Assembly: GCA_976226885.1 (NCBI GenBank)
Contig: OZ320318.1
Coordinates: 96,596,001 to 96,660,000 of the forward strand
Origin: Iphione sp. A-MEVVRFRX5
Taxonomy: Eukaryota
Length of the DNA: 64,000 bases
Reading direction: 5' to 3'
A program made the translations under genes and the position numbers. Positions within the stretch are counted from its first letter, which is position 1; each line of letters starts with the position of its first letter. The notes under the pieces were generated by a model. That model was not told the origin of the DNA, did not search any database, and saw only the letters and a list, made by a program, of their open reading frames with translations. Positions 62,025 to 64,000 of the stretch are shown piece after piece.

Positions 62025-64000
62025 CGGGCTGCCGGAACCAGTCGTTGTTGGCGAGGCAGCAGACGGTGAGGATGAGGGCGAGCAGGCTGAGCAAGGTGCC
62101 CGCGTAGCGGCACCGTACGAAGAAGGCGTGCTCCCAGAAGGCCACCAGCCCGTTCCACTGGCTCGCCGACAGCTTCACCTCCTCCTTCAGGTTCGGGCGC
62201 CGCTTCTTGGACACCATGGAGGCAGAGGCGGCCGTCCTGGTCGACTGGCCCACCTGGCTGCCGCCGTGTCCTCCGTTCCCCGGCCTCTCGCGGTCTCCCG
62301 GGCTACGTCCGTCCTGGCCGCTGGAGGGCGCGCCGTACAGACCCCCCGCGGCGGTGGCGGCGGCGCCGGCGGCGGAAGAGCCGGCCGCTGCCCCGCTAGG
62401 GGCGCCACCGCCGGCGCGGTGGTCGGCGGAGACGGCCAGCCCGCCGGCCATGACCTCGTCCTCCTCCATGACGTGCCGCGACTCGAGGTCGGGCGACACG
62501 AACATGACGGACTCCATCCGCGCCTTCCGGACCGGGGTGCTGACGCGCATGCGCTCGCGCTCGCGCTGCTGCTGCTCCAGGCTGTCCAGCCGCTTCTTGA
62601 AGGAGTTCCGTCGGTCCTGCGACCAGCGCAGCCACGTCGACTGAGTCCGCGCGCCCAGGAAGTGACCGGAGCCGCTGCGGCTGAGGGTCGGCGTGCCGGT
62701 GGGCGTGGCGCCGCTTCCCCGGCGGCCGTAGTCTCCGCCGTGCGCCCCGCTCACCCCCTGGAGGGAGTCCGGGGGGCTGGGGGAGGCGTAGAGGGACAGG
62801 TCCAGGCCCGCCTCCAGGGCCGCCGTCGTCTGCATCCCTGGGCGCGACATGGCGGCGGCGGCGGCGCGACTGGTCGACGTCGACGATGGCGGTCCTGCGC
62901 GCCAGTGAGCGCTAGTGGAGGTGGATGGGGAGGTTAGCTCATGGCTGGGTCCCGGCACGGCGTACGGAGGGCTGACAGTACCGACTCTCCGGCCTCCTCC
63001 TCCTCCTCCTCGTGCTGCTCTCCTCGCTGCTTCTGGCGAGGCGGCGGCTGTGGATCCGTGCGGGGGGGCGGCTTTATGTGGTGTACGTCTGACTCTGTCT
63101 GGAGCTCCGCCGGGCCCGGAGGCCGCCTCAGTCTGGCCGGCTCTCACTGCGGCTGTGTATATACCACCATCATCTGTACCACCACCACCACCACCGCCAC
63201 CACCGCCATCATCTAGGTCAGCCAGCAACCTCACGCCGCTCGGATCCATATCATGCGGGCCTCCTCTGCCCCCTCCCCCCGCCGCCGCGGCCGCCACCAC
63301 CGTGCTCGGGGATCCCGCCCCCCGCCGCCTCCGCCTGTGCCTCTCCCCCACCCCGGTCGCTTCATCACGCTCCCTGTCGTAGTCGTCGCGTCGACCGGAA
63401 GTATCCCTCCACATGGTGCGGTGGACTTCCACTTCCGATCCATGATGGCGCCTGAGAGGTCGCGGGGGGCCGGCGTCGTCGTCGTCGCGCGTGGAGGGGC
63501 TGGGATGGCGGTGATGGCGCGGGTTCCGGTCGTCGTATAACCCCCAGCCGTAGCCGCCGTCGCCGCCGCCCTCCTCCTCCTCCTCGTCGTCGTCGTCTCC
63601 CGCTCTCCCCGCGCCGCGGCCGACGGCGAGGTTACCGTCGGAGCGGTGGTGCCGCCTACCGAGGGGGTCGCCGCCCCAGCGGTGTGCGGCCGCCGCCGGC
63701 GCGTGGCAGTGGTCCCTCCACGAGGGGGCGCCACCTGCGTCCCGCGGTCGCGAGGAGCGCTCGACCGCGCCGTCCTCCGAGCGCTGGCGGCTGGGCGGCC
63801 GCTTCCAGCGCGAGCGGTCCTGCGGGTGCGGGTTGGGGCTGGGGTTATCCAGCCCAAGGTCAAGGTCTTCCTGCAGACTCTGCCGGCTCAACGTCCGCCC
63901 CCGCCGCCCCGCGCGCTCCCAGCTCCGCGGCGGAGGGGGCGGGTCGTCCTGCAGGCTGTGGCGGCTCAGCGACCTCTGGCGGTGGATTCCTCCGCCATGA
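62025..64000 (-). CDS. Large coding exon (5' end beyond the window): long low-complexity cytoplasmic region plus first TM helix of a probable claudin/PMP22-superfamily-like membrane protein
   Basis: One frame is stop-free from the window edge (HGGGIHRQRSLSRHSLQDD..., upstream of the TTG start in the ORF track) for ~660 codons, with strong GC3 bias. It contains non-repetitive islands (WLRWSQDRRNSFKKRLDSLEQQQRERERMRVSTPV; FWEHAFFVRCRYAGTLLSLLALILTVCCLANNDWFRQP) and ends at consensus donor CG|GTAAGT (62024-62019, phase 1). The family call rests only on the TM1-then-xxW pattern. Confidence 0.85.

Overview
Eukaryotic (animal, probably invertebrate; species not determinable from sequence alone) scaffold window with four N gaps. 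Roughly a third of it is made of more than 25 unrelated tandem arrays (unit lengths from about 15 to 117 bp) plus microsatellites. Most long ORFs in the supplied track are artefacts of these arrays. The one well-supported coding feature is a large GC-rich exon on the minus strand (62025 to beyond 64000). It encodes a long low-complexity region, then a transmembrane helix resembling TM1 of claudin/PMP22-superfamily proteins, and ends at a consensus GTAAGT donor. Mobile DNA: an 832-bp solo LTR with TG..CA ends and a 4-bp target-site duplication, sitting in a promoter-like island; two copies of a PIF/Harbinger-like MITE plus a related end; a small hAT-like MITE; a tRNA-derived SINE; and a ~3.6-kb segment bounded by ~300-bp inverted repeats that may enclose a small gene. 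Several minisatellite units carry splice donor/acceptor-like motifs, and some abut unique exon-like sequence; one 71-bp array could be read as about 30 in-frame 27-nt microexons. The scattered single-exon calls are low confidence and need RNA-seq or homology evidence.
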